A stretch of DNA of 63,449 nucleotides, filler included, from Aduncisulcus paluster (GCA_024181965.1; 11 parts of 11 records of this genome joined end to end with filler, not necessarily neighbours in it), one strand, 5' to 3'; numbered from the whole stretch's first letter, positions 12,021 through 24,406 are shown. Numbers and translations are program-made. The notes: a model not told the origin generated them from the sequence alone.

Positions 12021-12698
12021 ATGTCCGATAAAATATATTTCATTGTTATTGTTGGAGTTTTGTGTTACTTGTCACACACGATTTTGGGAGATATTTTGTG
12101 GGATTCTTACAATCCGATAACAATGGATATCTCCACTTTAACATCGAATACTTGTCCATTTTATTTTCCATTCAGAATTTTAACTTTTGTATATGGCGTC
12201 ATTATGATCATTTTTTCAATCTTGTTATTCTTAAATTATTATCCGATTTCTACCACCTTGAAAACTGCATGTAGCCTTTATATTATCATGAATTCTGCTT
12301 CTTTTATTGGTTATTCTTTTTTTCCAATTGATAAAGAAGCCAGTTCATCGTCTTTTGGAAATGTAATGCATCTTGTCACGACTTTTATTGTTGTTTTCAC
12401 TTCTATTGGGTTTTCTTTCACATTTTCAATTGGATATCGCAAAGTTCATTTACCTCAAGCTAAGATTCTTTTAGTTTTTGCAATTTTGATTTCAATTTTT
12501 GGTGTTTCTAATCCAATAGTTATCAGTAATAACTTCCCCTTCATGGGAGTCACTGAGAGACTTGTAATCTACACCATTCTTGCACAGGCGATATATATAG
12601 CGTATTGTGCATATTATTTTCATCATCAATTGTCATTATCTCAACAAAAAGGCCAAACTATCGAAGAATTGAATACAAACAGAACAAAACAGGTATAA
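12021..12698 (+). CDS. DUF998-like multi-pass membrane protein
   Basis: About 6 hydrophobic helices; YNPITMDISTL, GNVMHLV and GVTERLVIY match the DUF998 pattern (Y.P....IS.L ... H ... G..ER). No intron. Confidence 0.65.
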   Translation: MSDKIYFIVIVGVLCYLSHTILGDILWDSYNPITMDISTLTSNTCPFYFPFRILTFVYGVIMIIFSILLFLNYYPISTTLKTACSLYIIMNSASFIGYSFFPIDKEASSSSFGNVMHLVTTFIVVFTSIGFSFTFSIGYRKVHLPQAKILLVFAILISIFGVSNPIVISNNFPFMGVTERLVIYTILAQAIYIAYCAYYFHHQLSLSQQKGQTIEELNTNRTKQV

Positions 12699-13754
12699 TA
12701 TTTCATAATGGGGTTTATTGTAACTGTGAAGGACGTTATTTTATCGCTACAAATAAATTATCTTGGAAAAAAGAGCTTCAAGAAATACAAAATGTTTTTG
12801 GAACATTCGAACAATCTTATGTATTTTGCTGTGTAATAATGTCCATATTGTCACCAAATTGGCGACTAGCAGCTTGAATTCTCCGAGAAACTGTCAGATT
12901 GCTGAGAGTTAAATAATCATTTTGATTGTGATCGTCAATTCAGATTGACTTGATCAGAATGGATTTTGGTAACATCATTGAAAATTACAAGCTTAAATGG
13001 GGTTGGTTGACTGAAAAACAGCAGTTTAAGTGTATATTTCTGATCGGTAAGACGTTGAGCGACTTGACAGACGGATAATCCTTTAAATAGCTGTTTTATA
13101 ATGCCTACCTGACCAGAATCATTCCATTAAACATATTATTAACGCTGAAAAAGATTAATCCAAACTCTTTTTCTTAAAGGACTAGTATCTAGAAGAAATT
13201 TGCTCAATTTGCGCAAGTTGTGCAAAAGTTGAACTTGCACTCATTTGAAGTGTAGCCATTTATTTATAATCACATTGAAGATCAATTGATACCACAAGAT
13301 AGACATTAGATGCCTAGACAAGATAATCAGAAACTTCAGATAAGTCCCAGCAAAAACAACCATTGTTGTTAAGTAGAACGAGAGAAGAACTGTCATCATG
13401 CTAATTTCTTGCATATGCGGCAATTATAAAAAAAACAAGAACCAAAATTCAACAAAAAAAAAAAAAAAATTTCGATATATATATATACTATATATAGTAT
13501 ATATAGATTCAACAACAATAAAACCAATAATAAAAAAGAAGGAATTAAAATAATCAAAGAGATAGATAAAAATAGAATAGAACAAAACAGAAAAGAGAAA
13601 AATAATGAACCAACAATCCCACAAAATCCTTTTTTCTCATTAAATATCGCGATATTTGGACAATAAAACAATTCCTTCAGATATAGCAGCATAAAAACAA
13701 AATCAGAGCGGCAATACAAAGAAAAATACTAAGAAAACTAAGAAGATCCTCCAA

Positions 13755-13952
13755 TTATTTTTTAGCCTTATCTTGAGGGGCAAGACACTCAGGGAAACCA
13801 TCCTCTCCAAACACAGAACAGACAAGTTTTTCATGGAGCTTTTCTTTGGATTTGCCTGGCTTCTTTGATTTGGCCGGCTTCTTTGATTTGCCTGACTTCT
13901 TTGATTTGGCTTTTGAAAGGTTCATTTGGGCAAGTTTGTGCTTTTCTTTCCA
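13755..13952 (-). CDS. C-terminal fragment of an unknown Lys-rich protein
   Basis: WKEKHKLAQMNLSKAKSKKSGKSKKPAKSKKPGKSKEK...DKAKK* is open from the contig end and contains an 18-bp imperfect repeat. Confidence 0.4.
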   Translation of the reverse strand, partial: WKEKHKLAQMNLSKAKSKKSGKSKKPAKSKKPGKSKEKLHEKLVCSVFGEDGFPECLAPQDKAKK

Positions 13953-14395
13953 NNNNNNNNNNNNNNNNNNNNNNNNNNNNNNNNNNNNNNNNNNNNTTAA
14001 TTAATTAANNNNNNNNNNNNNNNNNNNNNNNNNNNNNNNNNNNNNNNNNNNNCATGGAATTGCAGATGAATCCAAGAAGAAGCTCGGACATCATGGTCGA
14101 TATGGAGGATAAATCAACCATAGATCTAGAAATAGCAAATCATACTTTCAAGACCCAATCCAAACAATGGGCACAAAACAACAATAAAAACCACGCCAGA
14201 AAACATTTCAAACAAGATCTTGTCCCATAAAATGAAAATAAAAACGTCTGACTCAGCCTGGGCTCGAACAAAACCAGACAAAATTCTCATCACGATCCAG
14301 AGCATGCATGTTCTGCTCCACAAGACACGGCACCAAGTGGGAGTGGGGGCATGTTTATTCATGGAGTTAGATTTTTAGTTCTGAATATTTCTTTT

Positions 14396-14428
14396 ATCAT
14401 CATTATCATCATTATCATCATTATCATC
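14396..14428. repeat. (ATCATT/ATC)n microsatellite
   Basis: Reads atcatcattatcatcattatcatcattatcat. Confidence 0.7.
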
Positions 14429-15029
14429 TTAGTATCATAAATCATCTTTATTTATCCACAACAGGACAAGACGGGACAGAATAACAACAAAAAATAAAGT
14501 TCAAAGTTCTTTGGAGTTGCATACGGTACGACTATAGGAACTCTATCCTCATCTGCGGGTGATGCGACAGAAAACAGGGGGGCAACAAAACAGAATGGGG
14601 CAATCAATGTAGTATTCGAGATGGCAATGACAATGATGGAGGGGGGAAGTACAACATACAATCGGTGTTCAAATAGATCAAATATGATTCATCTACTCAT
14701 CAATTAACAGCAACATTCATTCCAGTCACACACAATTCAATCAATTCAATCAATATGACACGCTGACATATGACATATGTGGCTGCCTACTTGTATTTTT
14801 TCTCTAAGAGAAGACATAGAGGTAATCATTACCTTTTCATGATGAAAAGAAAGGAAAGGCATTGAAGGATGAAAGGGCAGTGTGAGACTCAAAAACTTTT
14901 TGAGAGGGGTGCAATACTAATCCAGCGCAGTCGTACAAAAAAAATAAAAAGAACGACAAGGAGTCAAGCGTTCAGAATCTAACAAAGCTTACATAAAAAA
15001 TAAAGAATAGCATGAAAACCCTGAAACCT

Positions 15030-15790
15030 CTACTCGAGTCCATTTCCCACCCAACAAACAGATCTCTGCGCACCATAAGCACGATAAGCACAGCCTTGCT
15101 CTCGTGGTGGACACTGACAACACTGTAATCACCTTCAAGGGCAGTCTCAAGCTACTTTGTATACTCAACACACTGGTCTGGCCAGGGAACGTTGGCAAGA
15201 GAGAAGAAAGAAAGAAACCATGGTGATGTCTTGTTCCACCAACAAACGAGAAGGATTTCAGCTCAATGAAGCATGGAGGTCCCAAACGAATGAGTTTGAC
15301 ATACCCAGGAATGTCTTCACGACGGCAATTCAGCTTCTTAATGACAGTGATTCGGATGGCTGTCCTCTCTTGATGAGTGGATAAAATGGACAGAACTCTC
15401 GTTCAATCAGCACCGGGAGTCAGTTTTGCCGACATAGGGACGGTCGATTTCGGCTAATGTGTCCGGATTAGCAGCGTCAACAGAGAGATACAACTGGGTG
15501 ACAGGGGGGAATGGCCTTGAGTTTCTCGGGGAGCTGGGAGTTCGAAACGAGGAATGTGCTCAACTTTCTGCGGTGTAGCTCGAGGATCAGTTCATTGATT
15601 TGAGGGTATAAAAGAGATTCACCGACAAGGGAGAGGGCGACATGACGGGCTTCATGGGCAGACTTCCACAAACTTCTTCGTCCAGTCCAGGAACTCCCCT
15701 CTTGGCATGGACGAGGGAACGCTGACCCTCAATCAGTTTATCAACCAGGGGGACGGGGTCAAGATATTTCCACTCGGGCTTCCAGGCATG
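15030..15790 (-). pseudogene. TYW1: TYW1 (wybutosine radical-SAM enzyme) pseudogene, C-terminal half
   Basis: Stitched translation: RHVALSLVGESLLYPQINE...STFLVSNSQLP..VTQLYLSVDAAN..IDRP..ERTAIRITVIK..FIELKSFSFVG..LANVPW. It has several frameshifts (near 15670, 15505, 15400, 15205) and in-frame TGA/TAG codons; no CxxxCxxC segment is visible upstream. Confidence 0.85.
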
Positions 15791-16569
15791 AATTTTATGG
15801 TAGAGCTTTGAAAAAATGGCATATGACATAGGATAGATGCCCCACATTCCAAAGACAATGAACACAGATCACAAATCTCAGTATCAAATGTATCGGATGA
15901 TCAGGATCTGGCATTGGAGTTGGAGTTGGAGTTGGATTTGACTGCGGGGAAATGTCATGTTCCATGGAGCATCAGGGGATTATATTCGTAGCAGTATACA
16001 GACATATGTATAGCATCGTATTCCGAGTTCTTGATATTTTTGATTGTTAGCAAAAGCAAGTGAAAATGAACAGAAAGGCAAGGATAAGGATAGAAATGAA
16101 ATGGAAATATATCCATGTTATTGAATAGCATTGAAATCGTTCATAAATGTTCTTAACACGTGAAATGGAACTATATCCAGTCCTGAGGGTTCTCCAAAAG
16201 CCTGAGATATCGAGAATAAACACCATGACATTGAAATGAAAATAAAACATGTTTTTATCATTTACCAGCATTTAACTCGTTTATATGTGTTTTTATAATT
16301 TTCCAATCTTATCTATTGAAGAGTTGCTTGTTCAGTCCTCCATTTTTTCGATTTCTTGGCAAACAAGCAAACTGTATGTTTACTATATGTTGCGTCTTTT
16401 ATTAAATGTATATTAAGAAATATTTTAATTGGATTCATTCAATTATACTAACTATATTGTGCTGTGTGGNNNNNNNNNNNNNNNNNNNNNNNNNNNNNNN
16501 NNNNNNNNNNNNNTTAATTAATTAANNNNNNNNNNNNNNNNNNNNNNNNNNNNNNNNNNNNNNNNNNNN

Positions 16570-17202
16570 GATCAGACTGGGTGTCAGCTTGGCGGTGAAG
16601 TGAAGACGAGCCACCTGACTGAGTTGTAGATGAGGATGTTCGAGCTGATGAAACATGATCAGACTGGGTGTCAGCTTGGCGGTGAAGTGAAGACGAGCCA
16701 CCTGACTGAGTTGTAGATGAGGATGTTCGAGCTGATGAAACATGATCAGACTGGGTGTCAGCTTGGCGGTGAAGTGAAGACGAGCCACCTGACTGAGTTG
16801 TAGATGAGGATGTTCGAGCTGATGAAACATGATCAGACTGGGTGTCAGCTTGGCGGTGAAGTGAAGACGAGCCACCTGGCTGAGTAGTAGATGAGGATGT
16901 TCGAGCTGATGAAACATGATCAGACTGGGTGTCAGCTTGGCGGTGAAGTGAAGACGAGCCACCTGACTGAGTTGTAGATGAGGATGTTCGAGCTGATGAA
17001 ACATGATCAGACTGGGTGTCAGCTTGGCGGTGAAGTGAAGACGAGCCACCTGACTGAGTTGTAGATGAGGATGTTCGAGCTGATGAAACATGATCAGACT
17101 GGGTGTCAGCTTGGCGGTGAAGTGAAGACGAGCCACCTGGCTGAGTAGTAGATGAGGATGTTCGAGCTAATGAAACATGATCAGACTGGGTGTCAGCTTG
17201 GC
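16570..17202. repeat. 87-bp tandem repeat, about 7.3 near-identical copies, running into the contig end
   Basis: Units start at 16570, 16657, 16744, 16831, 16918, 17005, 17092 and 17179 (partial). Confidence 0.97.
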
Positions 17203-17629
17203 GAGATCTGACGATAGGTGGTGTCGGTGTTGGAGTTGAAGTTGAACTGACGGATTCAGATGGATTCGTTCCAGAATAAGTATCTAGTCTTCCAGGAGTA
17301 TGAAACGGATGGGTATGGGAGACAACACTTCGGTGATTCGACATGAACGTTCTCATGGAGTCACCCATGCTGCTTTCATCCCTACGAGTTGTAGCTCCTT
17401 TGAAACTGAGTTCGTGTGACCTATTTGCTGAGAGATGTTTGGTAGCATTATTGAAGCCGAAAATGTCATGGCCGCATGAGCAGGTGAATTTTGCAATTAC
17501 AATACGTGTTGGGACACATCGAGTTCTGAAGGCGTGACGAGAAAAATTAGTCATTCCCATCCACTCTTTCCTACAAGAACATGTAATAATGTCCGTTGGT
17601 AATCGAAAAGGATTTTTGTTCCTTGCCAT
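16570..17629 (-). CDS. Two-zinc-finger protein followed by 29-aa Ser/Thr-rich tandem repeats, 3' truncated; possibly the ORF of a non-LTR retroelement
   Basis: ATG at 17629; C-x-C-x12-H-x5-C and C-x-C-x12-H-x6-H, then repeats of RQADTQSDHVSSARTSSSTTQSGGSSSLH. Confidence 0.6.
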
Positions 17630-18003
17630 GGTGAACAAAATCGGATTCGGACTTAGGTATGTAATAATTGTTTAATAAGAAGCGTTTAATAGATAATTCT
17701 TTTATACTACTCTCTTATTTTGTTTGTTCTGTCATTTTCCTGAGATATGTTTCGTCTTTACAACGATTTCGATTGATGTAGATTTAATCAGCAGAAATAT
17801 TCGCATTTACATATATATTATGATAATTATACCAGTGTTTTACAATTTTATCATTACTTTGATAATTAAACAGGTAAGTCTGAGATGATTTTCAGAGATA
17901 TCATGGAAGATCCTTGAATCAGACAAAACAAGATAATTACTTATTTTACAGAGTTATTTAAGATATAAAAGACGATGAAAGATACATTTCTGTGAAATTA
18001 GTG

Positions 18004-18152
18004 ACAAGAAATATATAGTCTCACAAGAAATATATAGTCTCACAAGAAATATATAGTCTCACAAGAAATATATAGTCTCACAAGAAATATATAGTCTCAC
18101 AAGAAATATATAGTCTCACAAGAAATATATAGTCTCACAAGAAATATATAGT
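18004..18152. repeat. 19-bp minisatellite (ACAAGAAATATATAGTCTC), 7 full copies plus a partial one
   Basis: Perfect units at 18004, 18023, 18042, 18061, 18080, 18099, 18118; partial at 18137. Confidence 0.97.
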
Positions 18153-18786
18153 ATAGTACAGTATAGTACAGTATAGTACAGTATAGTACAGTATAGTACA
18201 GTATAGTACAGTATAGTACAGTATAGTACAGTATAGTATAGTACAGTATAGTATAGTATAGTATAGTATATAGTATAGTACAGTATAGTACAGTATAGTA
18301 CAGTATAGTACAGTATAGTACAGTATAGTATAGTATAGTACAGTATAGTATAGTACAGTATAGTACAGTATAGTACAGTATAGTATAGTACAGTATAGTA
18401 CAGTATAGTACAGTATAGTACAGTATAGTATAGTACAGTATAGTATAGTACAGTATAGTACAGTATAGTACAGTATAGTACAGTATAGTACAGTATAGTA
18501 CAGTATAGTATAGTATAGTATAGTACAGTATAGTACAGTATAGTACAGTATAGTATAGTATAGTATAGTACAGTATAGTACAGTATAGTACAGTATAGTA
18601 CAGTATAGTACAGTATAGTATAGTACAGTATAGTACAGTATAGTACAGTATAGTACAGTATAGTATAGTACAGTATAGTACAGTATAGTACAGTATAGTA
18701 CAGTATAGTACAGTATAGTACAGTATAGTACAGTATAGTATAGTACAGTATAGTACAGTATAGTATAGTACAGTATAGTACAGTAT
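18148..18786. repeat. Satellite of YAGTA pentamers, mostly (TAGTACAGTA)n, running to the contig end
   Basis: About 640 bp made almost entirely of TAGTA and CAGTA units. Confidence 0.97.
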
Positions 18787-18886
18787 NNNNNNNNNNNNNN
18801 NNNNNNNNNNNNNNNNNNNNNNNNNNNNNNTTAATTAATTAANNNNNNNNNNNNNNNNNNNNNNNNNNNNNNNNNNNNNNNNNNNN

Positions 18887-21800
18887 GGACGCCCTCTGTT
18901 GACTATTTTCCTATGTTTTTAGATGCCGATGATGAATATTGTCTTGTTAGTTCTGTAGACGATGATGCCATTCGTGTTCGCGTCAGGGCTTATGCTCTTA
19001 AATTAGTATTAAAGGGAATGACTGTCTTTGGAAGAGAAAAAAGGAAGGAAATGGAACAACAAAAAGCCCAACTCAAGGAAAAATCTGAGACCAACAGTTC
19101 CTCCGAAAAGAAGGAAGATGAATCCGAAAAGAAAGAAGTTGTAGAAAACGTTAAATTGCCTGAATCATCAGCCCCAACTCATAATTATATCGTTCAACCG
19201 CTGCTCCCCTTTCCCGTGTCCTTACCTCTCTCATTGATCGACTCTCTTCTCCCTCGTCTCTCTGCTGCCTCCTCCACGTCTGAATCTTGTTGTGTTCTCT
19301 GTGTAAGCATCATTGAGGAGTTTGTATTGCAGCTACGTCAATGTGAGTATGAGCCTGTTGATGGACAAGGCACGTATTCTTATGACAGGGGCGAAGTGGA
19401 CGAAGGAGAGGATTGTATATCTGGTGGATGGAAAGTGTCACATGCTATACTCGCCCGTGTGTGTGTTGCAATCACCTGTATTATATTTCCTCCTCTTCTG
19501 ACACTGGCTTCAGCCGATAAGGGAACATTCTTGACCTCCGTGCCCCCTTCAGATTATCTTAGAGAACAGGTATACAGTCTATGTGAGCGAAAGGAACCCA
19601 TGAATGGGATCTGCCTGCCTTTCTCGAGTTACCGTGATTCTCCCAGTGTTGTAGATGCCCGTTTTCACTGTACTTTCCTCTGGCCCTTGAGCAGCGTTAT
19701 GCGAACACGTGTGGCAATGTCAATTATGAGTAGTTTTGAGCGTTTGTTAAGTATTCGAAGTCAACATGGTGATATCCCTATAGCTGTTAGTGCCATGCTG
19801 TTGAGTGCAGACAGTCAATGTGGTATGGTGAATGTCTGCATGAGTCTCTGTCGTGTGCTCGGACGTCTCAGTGCCCCTCATGTTGTAACAGAAGCTCTTT
19901 GTCTGTGTGGAATTAGAACACTTGGCCTCCTTCTCGGCGGTGCTAAATGTGTATATGACAAATTCTATTCCAGTAATTCCCCTCCTTCGACTCTCACAAG
20001 TCCAACGCAAACAACTGATGGTTATCACACATCTGGACGTTCACAACCAGATGTTTTCACTCAGAAACGTGTGTTATGGGAAACTTTACGCCGTCTTGTT
20101 GCCAAAGAGATCAAGGGAGCAGAGTTTGCCCCTTTCCTCGGCGATTCTCCTGAAGAAGTCGGACGGATGGCTGCTTGCTGTCCCATCATTCCTGCTAGCT
20201 GTCTCTTTGCTATTCTAGCCAAAGATAAGAAGGCGAAGACAGCCATGCATTTCTATTCTTCGATTATGCGTGGATGCATCGAGACTCCCGGTGGATCTTT
20301 GACTCTTATCCAAGCTTTTAGACATTGCATGTGTCGTGCACAGCTGAACGGAGAAGGTCAGGCAATTGAGAGAGTGAGTGAAAAAATTGCAAGAGCCGTG
20401 GCAATGAATGTTCATCCGAAAGATCCCACTCATGAGAAACCAGATGAATTTGTTCTTGAGGAGAACACTGACGAAGATGTTCTCGGACGTCCAAACACTC
20501 TTCCTTCTTCAGATGCCGTGTATGTTCTAATTATGGCATTGATTATGGTTCAATCAATGTCGACAGGAACTAAGAAGATCACATTGCACGATTTTAAGTC
20601 CATGTTGTCTGCGTCTGAGCACTTTTGGGAGTACTCAGAGCCTGGTCTTGATGCTGCCCACAAATGCCTAAGTCTCCACACGTTTGTTCTCTCTTCACCT
20701 GCGGCTAGAGTTGCTGGACTTGGGCTTGGTACCCTTGCCGCTGTACCCGCCAACCTCCTTCCAACGACGCACCAGAGTGTTGCTGCTAGTGCTGCGGAAG
20801 GAATGCTTCTTGAATGTAGGATTTGTTCCCTTAATTCCCCTTCCAAATGGTATGATGCTGCTTGTGCTGCAAGGGGAGTATCCTTGACATGCGCCGCCTC
20901 TCTCCATGGTGTCTGCAGATGTGTCTATAACGTCTGCAATGACCTCACTCGCCCAGGAATTGGTGTATTCCTTCAGTGTGTTTGGGATGCTGCAGACCAG
21001 ATCTTTGGGCGTAGAGCTGCATTCTTACGTGATCGGGTGTGCATTTCATTCTTGCTTGGCTTTTTCGCCCGCATCGCCCACTCTGACCCCTCGATCGAGC
21101 ACATTCTCCTCCGTGATTCCATCAATCAACAGTGTGTTGTGACCAGTTGTTTTGTAAGAGCTGCATCAATGTGCAAGACAATGAGTGTTCAGGGATGGGA
21201 AGAAATGTGTGTTGCTATGGCCCTCTGCCTTGTATGTGGTTACGTGGATAAGAATGCCATGGGGGTCCTTGGAGACCTTGAAGAGACCGCTGGCAGTGGA
21301 TCCAGAGATGGCCTATTTAACATGATGTCAAGCTCTGGATCGAATGGAAGCACCCTTGGAATCGCCAGTACATCTCATGGTGATGAGCCACCATTGTCCA
21401 AAGGAATGCAGTCAAAGGTGCCAGACACTCCTTCTAAGTCATCTGCAATGTCACTGACAACATCTTCGAAACATCCCCCACTGCCTTCTCTAACAGCTTC
21501 TCTTCAGCTCTTCCTGATGCGTGCAGTCGGAGTCAGAGGGAAAGAAGAGGTCAAACGGATGTCTGAAGGTCTCGTCAGGTGTGTTCTTTGTGTTTGTGAG
21601 GAGAAAAAGATCGAACCAAAACTCCCCAAAAGTCCGAAAGAAGATGATGCTGATTCTGCTGTTAAAACCGATAGAGGAAGTGTTGATCTCAAGGATAAAA
21701 GCACGATCAGCGCCAGTGGCATTGTAACTCCCCCACAAACACCTACTCCATCCACCGATGGTACAAGTGCGGGTAAAGAGGAAACAAACCACAAGGAAGA

Positions 21801-23481
21801 GGATGGTAAATCCCAAGAGTTGCATGACGAGGGTGAGAAGGCCGATGATACAATTTCTGTTCACAGTTCAACCGTTATCCGTCCAAACAAACCAGCCGCT
21901 TCCCCGTCTTCAAAATCAGGTTCTTCTTTCGCAACTGCATTGTTACCAAGAATACTGAGGCCCAGTGCCCACAGCGTTGTGATGAGCTTGTTGCCTTTTG
22001 GATATGTTGGAGCCGAGGCCCTTTGTGTTGCTCTCAAGGGTCACGTGAGCGATGACAACACTACCGTCCATACGGGTGTCAAAGGGAAAGGAAGAGCTCT
22101 TGCGACAAAGGCTCTTCTCTTCCTCTCTCGTCTCTCTCTGTCTGTTCCCAATGCTCACTCAAATTGTAGCATTCTGGCTCAAGTATGTGAATATATTGGT
22201 GTTGTATGTGAATATGGTGAAGTTGAAGGTATATATGACCTGTTGGAGCGTTTAGTGTCTCTTTTGCCCCCTCTTACTGAAAAACCAGAGAGCACTGAAA
22301 CCAAGGCATCTGACACCGATACTACTGTTGATTCTCACGATAAATCTGTCGATTCATGTGACTTTAGTACAATTCTCTCTCTGAGAACTAAACTCTGGAA
22401 ATATATTCTCTCCCTCATATCACAGCATAATCCTGCATATATGTCACGTTTGCTTGATCTTCTCTTCAAACAGGATCTTCTATCATCGATGTCATCCCCT
22501 CTTGTGCTGAAATGCATGCAAGAGAGTGCCTCCTTCCATCGTGAAACATTCTTGATCTCTCGTCTCAACGTGACCAGCGATGAGTGGATGGAGAGAATAG
22601 AGATATGCGGGATTAATTTTGTGCCTTCAATTGAAGATGTATCGTCTCTTCCGGTGTCTGTTGTGGCTTACCCTCTCCAACAATCACAGGCCTGGACATA
22701 TGTGTCTTGGTATGCCCACTCTTTGCTTGAGAAACGTGTGAAACACACTTCAATGACCTCGATGGAAGATGGCCAGGTTCTCAAGTTCCCTGTTGTCGTG
22801 TCTCTATTTGACCCCGACTTACCCTCTCTTAAGCCTTGTGCCCCTCTTCCAACCTCCTCCATGGTTTCTACATCCTTCACCTGTCACATATCTCCTTCTC
22901 TCTATCCTCCTTTGAGCCTATTGACTCAGTTGGCATGCCATGGACATATCAGAAGTCTTGAGTATGTTCGGTCATCCTTGCTGAAAATCCCCGCAGAATG
23001 GAAAAGAAGAACAGACGGGAGTAGCGTGATTGTCGGGATGGATCTGAAAGTGGCTCTATTCTCACTCCAATATGTTGCTTGGCCTGTACTTCTCGTTGCT
23101 TCAGCCTCCCCCAGTTTTACTGCCAAACACACCCGAATTGTCACTCAGATCGTTGGTGACACCACCCAGCTATTTTCACAGATCCTTGATAAACTCTGTT
23201 CTGTCGAGTCCTGTGTTGCAACCACCGTCGATCAAGAACGCGTGCTTCTTTGCCAGATCATTGGTGTTCAGTTAATTGTTTTGTTAAGAGAGATTGCCAA
23301 TACAGCGAGTGATGGAGATTTACAGACATTATGTATCCAAAAGGCAGCCATTTTGGCTCTAATTGGTGGCGAAAGGATGGAAGAGCCCATGGGAACAGAT
23401 GGTGATGACGATCAGTTAGTCCCTTGGTTGTTTAGCATTCCTGGATGTGAAGAAAATCTTCGTGAAGTTTTGGGGGTTTGA
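18887..23481 (+). CDS. Large Sec7-domain ARF guanine-nucleotide exchange factor (GBF/BIG-like), probably 5' truncated
   Basis: QAFRHCMCRAQLNGEGQAIERVSE (Sec7 motif 1 with the catalytic Glu finger) and SSDAVYVLIMALIMVQS (motif 2) within a 1500+ aa helical protein. Confidence 0.8.
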
Positions 23482-23736
23482 TTATGTTTGTTTATATTGA
23501 TTCGACAAATATCTTCATTTATTTTTAAATTTCCATTTCTCTCCTTGAGACCAACACTTGATTTGATAATTTGTTTCACTATTGGCGCTAAAAATATCCG
23601 ATATCAGAAAGATTTTGTTCTCATTCTTGTGTTTTGTTATTTTTTTTTTAATTTTCCACAACCTTTATGAAAAACCTTACTGTTTCAAATTGATCCAATA
23701 AATTTTAAATTTTTTTTCTTTTGAGGCTATTTAGAT

Positions 23737-24406
23737 CTATGCTGATTTCCAGAGTTCTTTAATTCTACGATACAACTTGGCACAAGGTTCATGGGTCATT
23801 ATTGCTTCATCAACGCCCATAAATGAATCCAATTCAATTCCCAGTCCTCGTTTTTTATATTCAAGCGCTTGGACCATCATCTCAAGTTTATCAAATTGTT
23901 TTGCTATCTTTGAAATATATGATTCCCCAGCATCGTATTCAGACCAAAGAGTTATCATTTCATCTTGGGTTCCCTTGGGCAAATCCTTAACGATTTTTTG
24001 CAACGATTCTCTTTCGAGGTCATGCTTATCAGCTACCGTCACCCCAGAAATGGCTTCAGGTGTAATATCTCCAGCAAGAGCTTCAGCTAAGTCATGGACT
24101 AAACACATTTTCAATAGTTTGAATTGATCGCAATCAGCTGGACCCATAGTAAAACACATCATTGCCATCCGATAAGAATGATCCGACACACTCTCACAAG
24201 ATTCAGAGGAGATCCTGTGATCAAGCCACCCTTGTCTTTTTAATTGTTTAAGTTCTAAATATCAAAATATATATAATGAAAAAATAAGATTAGCTTCAAT
24301 AATAAGAATAATGAAGTAGTGCATTAATTTACAACATACTTTCAATAATATGCATAAAATTGAGGGTGATATCGGCATCAAAAATAGATTCAGAAGTGAT
24401 TGGCAT
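23737..24406 (-). CDS. HDDC2: HD-domain 5'-deoxynucleotidase (HDDC2/YfbR-like); exons 24406-24340 and 24254-23737
   Basis: Spliced MPITSESIFDADITLNFMHIIEK|LKQLKRQGW..ESVSDHSYRMA..LVHDLAEALAGDITP..FDKLEM; 85-nt intron GTATGT..TTTAG at 24339-24255. Confidence 0.9.

Noticed and set aside
12700..13400. Short protein-like minus-strand fragments (possible decayed gene)
   Set aside because: Interrupted by stops and not assignable to any family by eye.
16570..17202. 87-bp array as a CRISPR array
   Set aside because: Whole units repeat with no unique spacers, they are in frame within an ORF, and no cas genes are present.
18004..18152. 19-bp repeats as CRISPR repeats or iterons
   Set aside because: Head-to-tail with no spacers, no rep or cas gene, eukaryotic context.
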